Below are positions 36,834 to 46,398 of a stretch of DNA of 64,000 nt, one piece after another. Within the stretch, counting starts at the first letter, position 1; each line of letters begins with the position of its first letter. The DNA comes from Candidatus Poribacteria bacterium (GTDB lineage: Bacteria > Poribacteria > WGA-4E > PCPOR2b). A program made the translations under genes and the position numbers. Location: NCBI GenBank assembly GCA_965207095.1, contig OZ242270.1:687378-751377 (forward strand), in the 5' to 3' direction. Under the pieces are notes generated by a model, which saw only the letters and a program-made list of their open reading frames with translations, was not told the DNA's origin and made no database searches.

Positions 36834-37937
36834 CTATCGTAGTTTGAGGGTACTCAGTGCCACGAGCATCAGAATCAACCCAATAATCCAGAACCGGAGG
36901 ACCACCTTCGGCTCGGGCCAACCGAGTTGTTCAAAATGGTGATGTAGTGGTGACATCCTGAACACCCGTTTTTTTCGTGTTTTATAGGAGGCAACTTGGA
37001 TGATAACGGAGAGCGCTTCTGCCACAAAGATCCCGCCGACAATGACGAGCAGGATCTCTTCTTTGATTAAAATGGAGATGGTTCCAAGTGCCGCACCGAG
37101 GGCTAACGATCCTGTGTCTCCCATGAAGACCTGTGCCGGATGACAATTATACCACAAAAAGCCCACACCGGCACCGATCAGCGCCGCACAGAAGATAGTC
37201 GCAGCCTCGCCGCTAGCCGGAAGGTGAGCGATGTCGAGGTAATTTGCTAACTGTTGGTGGCTGGTCAGGTAGCCGAGTACGCCAAATGTGGCTGCGACAA
37301 ACAGTGTGCAGCCAATTGCTAACCCGTCAAGCCCGTCGGTAAGATTCACCGCGTTGGACGCGCTGACAATGACGAACGCTGCAAATGGAATAAAGAATAT
37401 GCCAAGGTCCGGACGAAGTTGTTTAAAGAAAGGGATAATAATTGATGTTCTTTCGGTCAAACCGTCTTTGGGAACGGGACCCCATTGGTACAGAAAGTAG
37501 GCGATGGCGAGTGCCCCAACCGCTTGCAAACAGATTTTATGCCAACCCTTCAATCCCAGTGATTGTTGTTTGGTAATCTTTCGGTAATCGTCCAGAAAAC
37601 CGAGTCCTCCGAACCACACAAGACTAAAAGTAAGGATAAGAATATAGGGCTGATCGAATCGAGCCCAGAGCAAAATTGAAATCAGTACAGACGAAATAAT
37701 AAGTACGCCGCCCATCGTCGGCGTACCTTCCTTGTTGAAATGCGTTTCGGGTCCATCATCCCGGACATGCTGACCGATCTTCAATCGTCTCAGATGTCGA
37801 ATAACAAATGGGCCCAAAACTAAGGCTATAAGTAGCGCGGTTACTGTCGCATAGATGGACCGAAAGGTGATGTAACGGAAAACATTCAACGGCGAAAAAA
37901 ACTCGGTTAACTGTTCAAACAATAGATAGTAGAGCAT
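36834..37937 (-). CDS. mraY: Phospho-N-acetylmuramoyl-pentapeptide transferase
   Basis: 10-TM protein with MraY signature regions. Last gene of the dcw block. Confidence 0.9.
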   Translation of the reverse strand: MLYYLLFEQLTEFFSPLNVFRYITFRSIYATVTALLIALVLGPFVIRHLRRLKIGQHVRDDGPETHFNKEGTPTMGGVLIISSVLISILLWARFDQPYILILTFSLVWFGGLGFLDDYRKITKQQSLGLKGWHKICLQAVGALAIAYFLYQWGPVPKDGLTERTSIIIPFFKQLRPDLGIFFIPFAAFVIVSASNAVNLTDGLDGLAIGCTLFVAATFGVLGYLTSHQQLANYLDIAHLPASGEAATIFCAALIGAGVGFLWYNCHPAQVFMGDTGSLALGAALGTISILIKEEILLVIVGGIFVAEALSVIIQVASYKTRKKRVFRMSPLHHHFEQLGWPEPKVVLRFWIIGLILMLVALSTLKLR

Positions 37938-38080
37938 ACCTGGTATTAAGGTTTATCCTTTGAATTCATATGATTTATAGAAATTGGAAGTGATGAGAGA
38001 TAGAGAAGGAAAGAGATTGTTTCTTTCCGCTCAGCCGACAAGTTCAGATCTGATTTACCCAAAATGTTATGCACCCGATT

Positions 38081-39448
38081 TCAGGTGTCAGCCATCAGTT
38101 CTTCCAAGACCTGCTCCAATTTTACCCCGCGTGATCCCTTGATAAGCACCGCATCACCGGGTTGAGCGTATTTGGTTAGTTGCTGCGCTGCTTGTCTTGG
38201 CGTATCACAGGAGATGACAGATTCAACGATGCCTTCTGCCCCATCAGCAATCGCGGTGCTATGGGGACCAACGGTAATCAACAGGTTGATATTGGTTGGA
38301 ATAGCCTGTCCCGTTTTCAGGTGGAGCGCGTAAGAATGTTCGCCAAGTTCAAGCATATCACCAAGAATTGCAATTCGCTTGCCAGTTGTTTCGATATCAC
38401 TAAGAAATGTCAGAGCGGACTTGAGGGACTCCGGATTTGAGTTATAGGCGTCGTTGATGATGCGTAGGTCGTTATACACAATCGGCTGCATCCGCATATC
38501 TGCTGGCTGAAAACGCTCTAACCCGGTACAGGCTTCCGTTGGCGTCAAGCCTGCCCAGAGCCCAACGCTGGCAGCAGCAAGGGCATTGTAGATATTGTGC
38601 TTTCCTAAGCAGGGCAAACGCACTCTTTCTACTTCGTTCCCGTCAATCTTCAAGGTGAATGTGGGCTTTCCGAAACTGTCGATTTCAATGCCACCCGCAG
38701 ACACATCCGCCTCATTTTGCCAACCGAATGTGGTGACTTGACCACACACACGACGGGCAAGCGTCGGTGTCATGGGATCGTCGGCGTTGAGGATGGCGTG
38801 TTCGACATGCGTTAGCAGTGCTCCTTTTTCTTCCGCGACACCTTCAATCGAACCGAGCAATTCCAAGTGCGCTGGTCCGATATTGGTAATCACACCGATG
38901 GTCGGTGCCGTTATCTGCGAAAGCCGCTCAATTTCTCCGGGCCAACTGGTGCCTATCTCCAACACAGCAATCTCATCCCCTTCGTTGAGCTGCATCAATC
39001 GCGTAGGAATGCCAATTTGGTTATTGTAACTCTTCTCGGATTTGAAGACGGAAAACCGCTGTGCTAACACAGCACTTGTTATGTCCTTTGTTGTAGTTTT
39101 GCCGTTGCTGCCCGTGATAGCGACGATTGGCAGGTTGAACTTGCGGCGGTGACAGTTGGCTATATCTCCCAGCGCAACCAACGTGTCGCTTACTTGAATA
39201 ATGATTGGCGATCCAAGTTGGGAAAGATCGGTTATTGGCTTCGAGACCACCGCCCCGACAGCGCCTTGCTGGCACACGCCCTGCAGGAAGTTATGTCCAT
39301 CGAATGTTTCGCCAACGAGCGCGACAAAGAGTTCACCTTTTTTGAGTGTCCGCGAGTCTGTCGAGACCTGCGTTATCGCTGTGTTGGGATTGCCTTGGAT
39401 GAGGTTGCCCTGCGTCGCCTGTAGGATTTCAGCAATTGTGAGGTTCAT
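38081..39448 (-). CDS. murF: UDP-N-acetylmuramoyl-tripeptide--D-alanyl-D-alanine ligase
   Basis: Mur ligase three-domain architecture, GSNGKTT P-loop. Confidence 0.85.
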   Translation of the reverse strand: MNLTIAEILQATQGNLIQGNPNTAITQVSTDSRTLKKGELFVALVGETFDGHNFLQGVCQQGAVGAVVSKPITDLSQLGSPIIIQVSDTLVALGDIANCHRRKFNLPIVAITGSNGKTTTKDITSAVLAQRFSVFKSEKSYNNQIGIPTRLMQLNEGDEIAVLEIGTSWPGEIERLSQITAPTIGVITNIGPAHLELLGSIEGVAEEKGALLTHVEHAILNADDPMTPTLARRVCGQVTTFGWQNEADVSAGGIEIDSFGKPTFTLKIDGNEVERVRLPCLGKHNIYNALAAASVGLWAGLTPTEACTGLERFQPADMRMQPIVYNDLRIINDAYNSNPESLKSALTFLSDIETTGKRIAILGDMLELGEHSYALHLKTGQAIPTNINLLITVGPHSTAIADGAEGIVESVISCDTPRQAAQQLTKYAQPGDAVLIKGSRGVKLEQVLEELMADT

Positions 39449-39568
39449 ATGGTGTATAAAAGACAGAGAAATAGATTGTGAGGAATTGTTTCCTGCGTCA
39501 CACCTGCCGGGACGGGCGAGGATAAAGGATTGCTATAAGATGAGGCGGTTGAACAGATCAGTTTGGGT

Positions 39569-39811
39569 CTATTCTCTGGTGTCCTCGTTGTCTGCGATTC
39601 TCTCAATCCTGTCTGCGACCTTTTCGATTGCTTCAGCAGAGCGTGTGTGTGTCCTCGCAATTGCCCAGAGATTGTCTGCGATCTTTTCGATTGCGCGAAT
39701 GAATCGTATAAGCACCCAAACAAGAACAATATAAAAAGCTAATGAGGCGAGTGCTGCCCAAAATGCAAGGGCACCTACGAATGATTCCATGTTAAACTCA
39801 CCTCCCGACAC
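39569..39811 (-). CDS. Small membrane protein with internal repeats (DUF948-like), inserted between murE and murF
   Basis: One N-terminal TM helix, then duplicated helical units IEKIADNLWAIA / IEKVADRIERIADN, encoded by a 22-bp direct DNA repeat. Confidence 0.4.
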   Translation of the reverse strand: MSGGEFNMESFVGALAFWAALASLAFYIVLVWVLIRFIRAIEKIADNLWAIARTHTRSAEAIEKVADRIERIADNEDTRE

Positions 39812-39834
39812 TGTAGTTGAACGGAATGTACTCC

Positions 39835-41295
39835 TCAGTGCGACTTCAACTGCTCAAGAAATTCTGCTGCGACCTCCCGGTCATCAAAATCAAATCGGAC
39901 GCCATTGATCTCTTGATACGGCTCATGCCCCTTGCCCGCGATGGCGACAAGATCACCCGCCTCTGCGGACTCAATCGCATGGCCGATAGCAGTCCGGCGA
40001 TCTTGGATTAAATCGTACCTTGCCCCATCGGGTAAGCCTTCCACAATATCAGCGAGGATCGCGTCTGGCGCTTCGGTACGTGGGTTGTCGGAGGTGATTA
40101 CGCTGTGATCAGCAATGGTTGCGGAAATATCGCCCATCTTCGGACGTTTGCCACGGTCCCGATCTCCGCCACAGCCAAAGACGGAGATTAAATTACCTTG
40201 CGTAATTTTTCGTGCGGCAGTCAACAGGTTTTCCAAACCATCGGGTGTATGGGCGTAGTCTACGACAACAGCGAAAGGCTGTCCCCGGTCAACCAACTCA
40301 AATCGTCCCGGCACAATTGTGGACTCCAGTCCCGTTTGGATTGCTTCAATCGAACAGTCATGGTGTAGTCCTATTCCGATCGCAGCGAGCGCATTATACA
40401 GGTTGTAATCGCCCAGCAGACGCAGATTTGCTGAGATTGTTCCTTTCGGTGTGTTTGCAACGAAGGAGAGCCGTTTGAGTGTTGATTCGACGCTGCTGAC
40501 GGACAGATCCGCTGGGCTCTCAACGCCAAACGTGAGGTTTGGGGAATTGACTGTATTACGGATTGAATCGGAGGCGGGATCGTCCGCGTTAAGGATCGCC
40601 AGACCGTTGTCAGGATTGAGTTGCTGAAACAGCATCATCTTGGCGTTCAGGTACTCCTCCATCGTCTCATGGTAATCGAGATGATCTTGTGTCAGATTGG
40701 TGAAAACCCCCGTTTCAAAAGTGAGTCCAGCCAACCGGTGTTGTGCAAGCCCCTGCGACGAGGTTTCCATGATCACATACTCCACACCCGCATCGGCGAT
40801 GTCTCGGAACAGTTCGTGAAGGGTCAAAGGCTCAAGCGTAGTAATCGTTGGCTCCACAAAGACATCTGCGTAACTGGTTCCAACCGTGCCCATGAACCCT
40901 GACTTCAGTCCGGCAGCCTTGAAGATTGAATGCGCTAAATGTGCTGTTGAGGTCTTGCCGTTTGTGCCCGTGATGCCAATCAGCTTCAGCCGATCCGCCG
41001 GATTTTCGTGCCAGTTGGCCGCGATAAGCGAGAAGGCGATGCGCCCGTTTGACGTTTGGATATAGGTGACACCGGACGGCACCGGTTGCGGTTTCTCCCC
41101 AATAATCGTCGTTGCGCCGTTTTGGACCGCTTGGGGAATAAAGGTGTGTCCATCAACGTTGACCCCTTCATAGCAGACAAAGGCGTATCCCGGCTCCACG
41201 GCTCGGCTATCGCTCGCAACGCCAGCAATATCTTTATCGAACGTCCCAGTTGATGAGAGGATGTCTACCCCTTGGAGTAAGCGCTGTAGGTTCAC
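39835..41295 (-). CDS. murE: UDP-N-acetylmuramoyl-L-alanyl-D-glutamate--2,6-diaminopimelate ligase
   Basis: Mur ligase domains. GTNGKTST P-loop. Confidence 0.85.
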   Translation of the reverse strand: MNLQRLLQGVDILSSTGTFDKDIAGVASDSRAVEPGYAFVCYEGVNVDGHTFIPQAVQNGATTIIGEKPQPVPSGVTYIQTSNGRIAFSLIAANWHENPADRLKLIGITGTNGKTSTAHLAHSIFKAAGLKSGFMGTVGTSYADVFVEPTITTLEPLTLHELFRDIADAGVEYVIMETSSQGLAQHRLAGLTFETGVFTNLTQDHLDYHETMEEYLNAKMMLFQQLNPDNGLAILNADDPASDSIRNTVNSPNLTFGVESPADLSVSSVESTLKRLSFVANTPKGTISANLRLLGDYNLYNALAAIGIGLHHDCSIEAIQTGLESTIVPGRFELVDRGQPFAVVVDYAHTPDGLENLLTAARKITQGNLISVFGCGGDRDRGKRPKMGDISATIADHSVITSDNPRTEAPDAILADIVEGLPDGARYDLIQDRRTAIGHAIESAEAGDLVAIAGKGHEPYQEINGVRFDFDDREVAAEFLEQLKSH

Positions 41296-41387
41296 AATCT
41301 ATGCGACCTCCGATCCTCAGAAAATCCTATAACGAACAAAACAAAAAAAACACAATCACTGTGTAAAAGAAAAACCGTGTTTTCGTC

Positions 41388-42218
41388 TTATTCGTTCCCT
41401 TCTTTTAGGTCTAATTCCTCTTTAACTTGACCAAGTTCTTTACGAGCCTTTTTGATAATGGCCGCTTCCGACCTGCCGTCTCTTGCTAATTTGCGGACCA
41501 ACTTTTCTAAGCTTCTAAGCCGTTCATATTGAAGCTTAATCTCTGTGGGGATGTCTTCAGGGGATTTAGGGTTCCGCACTGGATTCCTAGAACGCACGGT
41601 AATCGCCATATTCATCACTTCTAAGACCCAATCAAGGGGCAATCCAATCTCCAACTTTTGATAACGGTCTATGTGTGACCGTCGATTGCGTGACCGTCGA
41701 AATTGTGGGTCTTCGACCCTGCGTTTCAGCCCAAACAGATACACCATAGGCACATCATTTTTGATTCTAATGGTATGTTTCCCATGGTCTCCCCCATAAA
41801 CATCAAAAAAGGTATTAAACCCTTTTCTACGACCCGCTGTGGTTCGGGGGTGAGGTCGTTTTAGCGATAACAGAAGTAAATCACCTACTTCCTCTTTGCT
41901 AAACTCCGCTTCAAATCTACCATAGCCGATTGGTACGTGAGGTAGGCGAAAATTAATAGTGGAACCGATCTTTATCTCTTGTTCTGTTACATTTTGAATA
42001 ACTTGGACAACCTCTACGACGACATCTGTATACTGCACCTGAAGCTGCGCGTCCGCTTTCTCTTCTGCTGCTAACAACTTCCCCACAATAACTAACTCTC
42101 CTCCGACAGCTAAACCTACTGCATCTGGGGCAACCCGAACGTCACTTTCAGCTTGGTTCACAACGACCAGTACCAATATTGTAATGCAAAGCAGGCACTT
42201 TACATTTACGCTTTTCAT
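41388..42218 (-). CDS. Hypothetical secreted/membrane-anchored protein inside the dcw cluster (start taken at the internal Met of the signal-peptide-like MKSVNVKCLLCITILVLVV)
   Basis: Hydrophobic N-terminus. Basic C-terminal coiled-coil-like tail. No recognised domain. Confidence 0.4.
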   Translation of the reverse strand: MKSVNVKCLLCITILVLVVVNQAESDVRVAPDAVGLAVGGELVIVGKLLAAEEKADAQLQVQYTDVVVEVVQVIQNVTEQEIKIGSTINFRLPHVPIGYGRFEAEFSKEEVGDLLLLSLKRPHPRTTAGRRKGFNTFFDVYGGDHGKHTIRIKNDVPMVYLFGLKRRVEDPQFRRSRNRRSHIDRYQKLEIGLPLDWVLEVMNMAITVRSRNPVRNPKSPEDIPTEIKLQYERLRSLEKLVRKLARDGRSEAAIIKKARKELGQVKEELDLKEGNE

Positions 42219-42270
42219 CCGCTTATTTTCCAAGAATATGGCAATCTGGACCGATATAAACCAAGTGGTA

Positions 42271-44025
42271 TCAATCAGCGAAATGCTGATTGGCTTTCCG
42301 CATAGCTTGGGACGAATTCCCGAACAAATAGCGCATCGATTCACTCGCAATCTTTTGGAAAATTGGTGCGGTAACCTGGCTGCTCAACGGAGCCGCCGCC
42401 GGCTCATCAACAACAACAATAATTGAGAGTAGTGGCTCCTCCGCTGGAAGAAACCCTGCAAAAGTAACAACCACTCTACCTTCGATGTACCCCTTCCCTC
42501 GGTCCGCTTTCTGTGCCGTACCAGTTTTACCGGCGACAGTATAGCCAGGCACACGTGCTCTTATTCCACCACCGGCTTCCGTCACACCGACCAACATCTG
42601 CGTCATCGCCTGCGCAGTTTCTGCGTAAATGACACGACGAATCGGCTTCGGGTATGATTGCTCTAACAGGCTTCCATCCTCATCGATAATCTGCCGAGTG
42701 AGGTACGGCTGTAGTAGAATACCGTTGGTAGCAATGACATTGATAGCGTTCAACATCTGTATCGGTGTCACAGAAATCCCTTGTCCAAACGGCACAGAGG
42801 CAATCGAGTATTCATCCCATTTTTGGATACCTCTCAGGCTCCCGACGCGTTCGTAAGGCAGATCGACACCGGTTTTTTTACCGAACCCGAATCGGCGCGT
42901 GTAGCCTTCCAACTGCTGTTTGTTAAGATGTCTTGCAGCCTTAAGGATACCAATATTACTGGACTTTGCAATAATCTCGCTAAGTGTTAACCATCCATTA
43001 GGCTTAATATCGTTAATGACATGCCCATTGGACAAAGGATATTCCCCCATCTCGCAATACTCAAGCGAGTCCGGAGACATTAGTTTCTCGTTAAGGAGCG
43101 CAGAAGCGGTAACAACCTTAAAGACAGAACCGGGTTCATATTGCATCCAGATGGCGCGATTTCGCTTAGCTGACTCTGCGCTCCTTGAGTAGTGGTTAAG
43201 ATCGTAGTTCGGATAATTTGCTAATGCCAAAATCTCGCCGGTTTTGGAGTGCATAACGATCGCAGTTCCCGCCTTGGCTTCCCACCGTTCGCAACCGGCA
43301 ACCAACTCTGTTTCTGCGATATGCTGAATATACTCATCAAGTGTGAGGACAACGCTACGACCGTATTGGCCTCCTTGTTGGTAAAACTGTGGTGGACGAA
43401 TCGGACGTCGTTTACCGTCGGCAGTGATCTGGTTGTTTTTTGGCTTCGATTCTGGGAGGTGGTTTTTATCACCCGTGCTTAGGTAGGCATCGTACTGATG
43501 TTCGATCCCGTCAATACCTCTATTTTCAAAATTGGTATATCCAATGATATGGCACGCCAGCTCGTCTTTTGGGTAAGCTCGTTTTCCATGGGTACGATAT
43601 CCGAGTCCATAAATACCTCTAATGACTTGACGGATGTCGTTAAGGTGCTCATACTCCAAATTCCGTTTCAGCCAAACAAAACGTCTTTTCTTTTTTTGCA
43701 GCGCCGGCAAAAGTCTATCTTCCGAAATGCCGAGCACCGGCGCAAGTTTACGAGCAATCTCATCAGGGTTATCCCTCAGCGCTTTTGGGTCCGCATAGAC
43801 CGAAACGAAATCCTGATTGATTGCGAAAACACTCCCGTGCCGATCCAGAATCTTAGCGCGCTTTGCCTGAGACCCCACTTGCATGTTACGCTGGCTCTCA
43901 GAACGGTCGCGCAGCTCCTGACCGTGTATATACTGAATCAGCAACAAACGTCCTATCAGTAATCCTAAGCAGAGTTCCAAACCAATCCATACGATTGCGG
44001 TCCGGGAAAAAGGTATATTCTTCAT
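42271..44025 (-). CDS. ftsI: Peptidoglycan D,D-transpeptidase FtsI (class B PBP)
   Basis: N-terminal TM. PBP dimerisation domain. Transpeptidase motifs SVFK (SxxK), SSN, KTG (AGKTGTAQK). Confidence 0.9.
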   Translation of the reverse strand: MKNIPFSRTAIVWIGLELCLGLLIGRLLLIQYIHGQELRDRSESQRNMQVGSQAKRAKILDRHGSVFAINQDFVSVYADPKALRDNPDEIARKLAPVLGISEDRLLPALQKKKRRFVWLKRNLEYEHLNDIRQVIRGIYGLGYRTHGKRAYPKDELACHIIGYTNFENRGIDGIEHQYDAYLSTGDKNHLPESKPKNNQITADGKRRPIRPPQFYQQGGQYGRSVVLTLDEYIQHIAETELVAGCERWEAKAGTAIVMHSKTGEILALANYPNYDLNHYSRSAESAKRNRAIWMQYEPGSVFKVVTASALLNEKLMSPDSLEYCEMGEYPLSNGHVINDIKPNGWLTLSEIIAKSSNIGILKAARHLNKQQLEGYTRRFGFGKKTGVDLPYERVGSLRGIQKWDEYSIASVPFGQGISVTPIQMLNAINVIATNGILLQPYLTRQIIDEDGSLLEQSYPKPIRRVIYAETAQAMTQMLVGVTEAGGGIRARVPGYTVAGKTGTAQKADRGKGYIEGRVVVTFAGFLPAEEPLLSIIVVVDEPAAAPLSSQVTAPIFQKIASESMRYLFGNSSQAMRKANQHFAD

Positions 44026-44224
44026 AGGGTTTCAATGCAGTGGTGGAACAGTGCACAACATTGGTGAGGAGCCCCACAGAGATTGAATTGCTTACCCGAA
44101 ACGTCGAAGCGTATCAGTTATTACGCTTTACGTTCAGAAACCACGCTATAGGAAACACCAAAGGGAGGGTCCAGCATACCCCAAAGGTGGAGGGACTGCA
44201 CGATTAAGCCTCAGTTCGCAGATC

Positions 44225-44518
44225 TTAATCAGCGCGCAGCACATAGGCTGGCTCGGAGGGTTGAACCATCTGGAGATCCTTCGCGATTTCGTGAATCCGT
44301 TCAATCGAAGTGAGTTTTGTTTCCTGTATTTTGAGCTTATTAATTTCGTTGTGGAGTTGATCCCTTCGCTGCTCAAACTCCTCACGCATTTGCAGCGCCA
44401 CCTTGTGTTGGTTTGACGCAAACCATGCACTCAGAAAAAAGATACAGATATAAACGGCAAGCGCGAGGTATGCAAAGGAATGGAATTTTGCTGGCTGAGT
44501 TGGTCTCTGATATTTCAT
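44225..44518 (-). CDS. ftsL: Cell division protein FtsL-like
   Basis: 97 aa, single TM + coiled coil, located between rsmH and ftsI. Confidence 0.6.
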   Translation of the reverse strand: MKYQRPTQPAKFHSFAYLALAVYICIFFLSAWFASNQHKVALQMREEFEQRRDQLHNEINKLKIQETKLTSIERIHEIAKDLQMVQPSEPAYVLRAD

Positions 44519-44579
44519 GATTATAATGATCTCTGAATGCTCCTTTGCAAACCGCTTCGTTCGGTTTTTTAAGAAACGT

Positions 44580-45560
44580 TCAATTTGTCGTTTTAGATTC
44601 GTAGATCTTCATCGCGACCCGTAATTTCGCACTACGGGATCGAGGGTTACGTCGAATTTCATTGAAACTTGGAGCTATTGGGCGTTTGGTCAGTATTTGA
44701 AGAGTAGGTGTGTGCTGGCAAACACAAATAGGGGTTTTCGGTGGGCAAATACAGGCACGCGAGAGGGTGCGGAATTGCTCTTTAACAATTCGATCTTCGA
44801 GAGAATGGAAGGAGATAATGCATAAGCGTCCACCGGGCTTCAAAGCAGAAGCAGCACTATCTATCCCGGAATGAAGGTTTTTGAGCTCATCGTTAATGTA
44901 GATTCGTAACGCCTGAAAAATCCGTGTCGCAGGATGAATGCGCCACCCCGTTGATTTGGGAGGAATCGCATCCAGAACGATTTCAGCGAGTTGAGAGGTT
45001 GTCGATATGGACTTGCGTTTGCGAGCGTGTACAATCTGGCGTGCAATTCTTTTCGCCCAACGTTCTTGACCGAATTGCGTAAAAATCGTTGCGAGTGTAC
45101 CTTCCGGATGGCGGTTCACGACGTACGATGCTGATAGGGGTTGGTTGGCGTCCATCCGCATATCTAAGGGACCAGAGCGATTGAAACTAAACCCTCTCTC
45201 CGGCGTATCGAGTTGCAAAGATGACACCCCCAAGTCAAATAAAATACCATCAATCGGGGAAATCGCCGCTTCCGTTTGTTCTGATTCCGGATATAGCTGA
45301 GAAAGCTGATCCAAGTGGGCAAAATTGCCATCAACGAGTGTCACCCGTTCCTTGTATTCGGACAGCCTTTCCCTGGCGATAGCTAACGCATCCGAATCCC
45401 AATCAATACCTAGAAGAGACCCATGCGGCGCAGATTTTTGTAAAATAACAGCAGCATGTCCACCTAATCCAACCGTGCCATCCACATAAACACCGTGATC
45501 TTTCGGTTGTAAGAACTGAATCACTTCATCGACCAGAACAGGTACGTGTTCGCCACTCAT
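44580..45560 (-). CDS. rsmH: 16S rRNA (cytosine1402-N4)-methyltransferase
   Basis: HVPVLVDEV...DGTVGLGGHA SAM-MTase N-terminus typical of RsmH/MraW. First gene of the dcw cluster. Confidence 0.9.
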   Translation of the reverse strand: MSGEHVPVLVDEVIQFLQPKDHGVYVDGTVGLGGHAAVILQKSAPHGSLLGIDWDSDALAIARERLSEYKERVTLVDGNFAHLDQLSQLYPESEQTEAAISPIDGILFDLGVSSLQLDTPERGFSFNRSGPLDMRMDANQPLSASYVVNRHPEGTLATIFTQFGQERWAKRIARQIVHARKRKSISTTSQLAEIVLDAIPPKSTGWRIHPATRIFQALRIYINDELKNLHSGIDSAASALKPGGRLCIISFHSLEDRIVKEQFRTLSRACICPPKTPICVCQHTPTLQILTKRPIAPSFNEIRRNPRSRSAKLRVAMKIYESKTTN

Positions 45561-45786
45561 CTCTTTCTGAGATCCCCCAGTTTTCGTTCCGCACAGTCAT
45601 GCCTAGCCCCCTTTCTGGCGCTTATCTGGAGGTTTGACTGTTAAACAGACCGCTCACCCCAAATAGGGGCATTATATCACAGGCACGTCCGGTGTCAAGC
45701 GGAAAACCGGGCATAGCACCTAATGTGCAAAGAGCAGATGGATGCGTTTGAGGGATTCTTCACAAATTAGAAGCCGTCAACAGATG

Positions 45787-46398
45787 TCACGCGCGCTCTG
45801 TGAGGATGTGATGGAGGGGGACGTCCCACGTCTGCGGAAAGGTATCTGCCACAATCTGTGCTTCGTAAGCCAAGCCAATCCAAACCGCCTGTGGACATCG
45901 TGGCAGGAATCGATCATAGAAACCAGCACCGTATCCGATACGGTAACCTTGGGGATCGAAAGCGGCACCGGGAACAAAAATCAGATCGATCTGATCTAAA
46001 GGGAAAGGAGCACAGGTTTCCCGGTTTGGCTGGTACATACCGTATGGGTGGAGGAGGAGGTCTTTTTTCGCATCTATGATACGGTAGGGGGTAAGGGTCC
46101 GCCGCTTCATATTCATCACAGGGGCAAGCGCAATTTTATTCTGAGCTAATAGGTAATCAAGCAGGCTACCGGTTTCCACTTCACTCCGCATACTGAGGTA
46201 AATTAGTACGGTATCAGCTCGGTTTTTCTCGATCCAGTTGATTCCATGATCAACAATCTGTCGGCTCAGTTCAGTCCTCACATTTGGTGGAATACTATCC
46301 CGTTTGTGGATGACTTCCGTCCGAAGACGTTCGCGTTCTTGTTGCGGCCTCATTTGATCTGTATCCTGCCCCTCACGCCTGCCATTCGATTTGATCAA
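45787..46398 (-). CDS. 5-formyltetrahydrofolate cyclo-ligase family protein
   Basis: C-terminal GYRIGYGAGFYDRFL signature. Confidence 0.75.
   Translation of the reverse strand: MIKSNGRREGQDTDQMRPQQERERLRTEVIHKRDSIPPNVRTELSRQIVDHGINWIEKNRADTVLIYLSMRSEVETGSLLDYLLAQNKIALAPVMNMKRRTLTPYRIIDAKKDLLLHPYGMYQPNRETCAPFPLDQIDLIFVPGAAFDPQGYRIGYGAGFYDRFLPRCPQAVWIGLAYEAQIVADTFPQTWDVPLHHILTERA

Noticed and set aside
45561-45790. mraZ expected upstream of rsmH
   Set aside because: There is no ORF of suitable size or sequence in either frame. mraZ appears genuinely absent from this locus.
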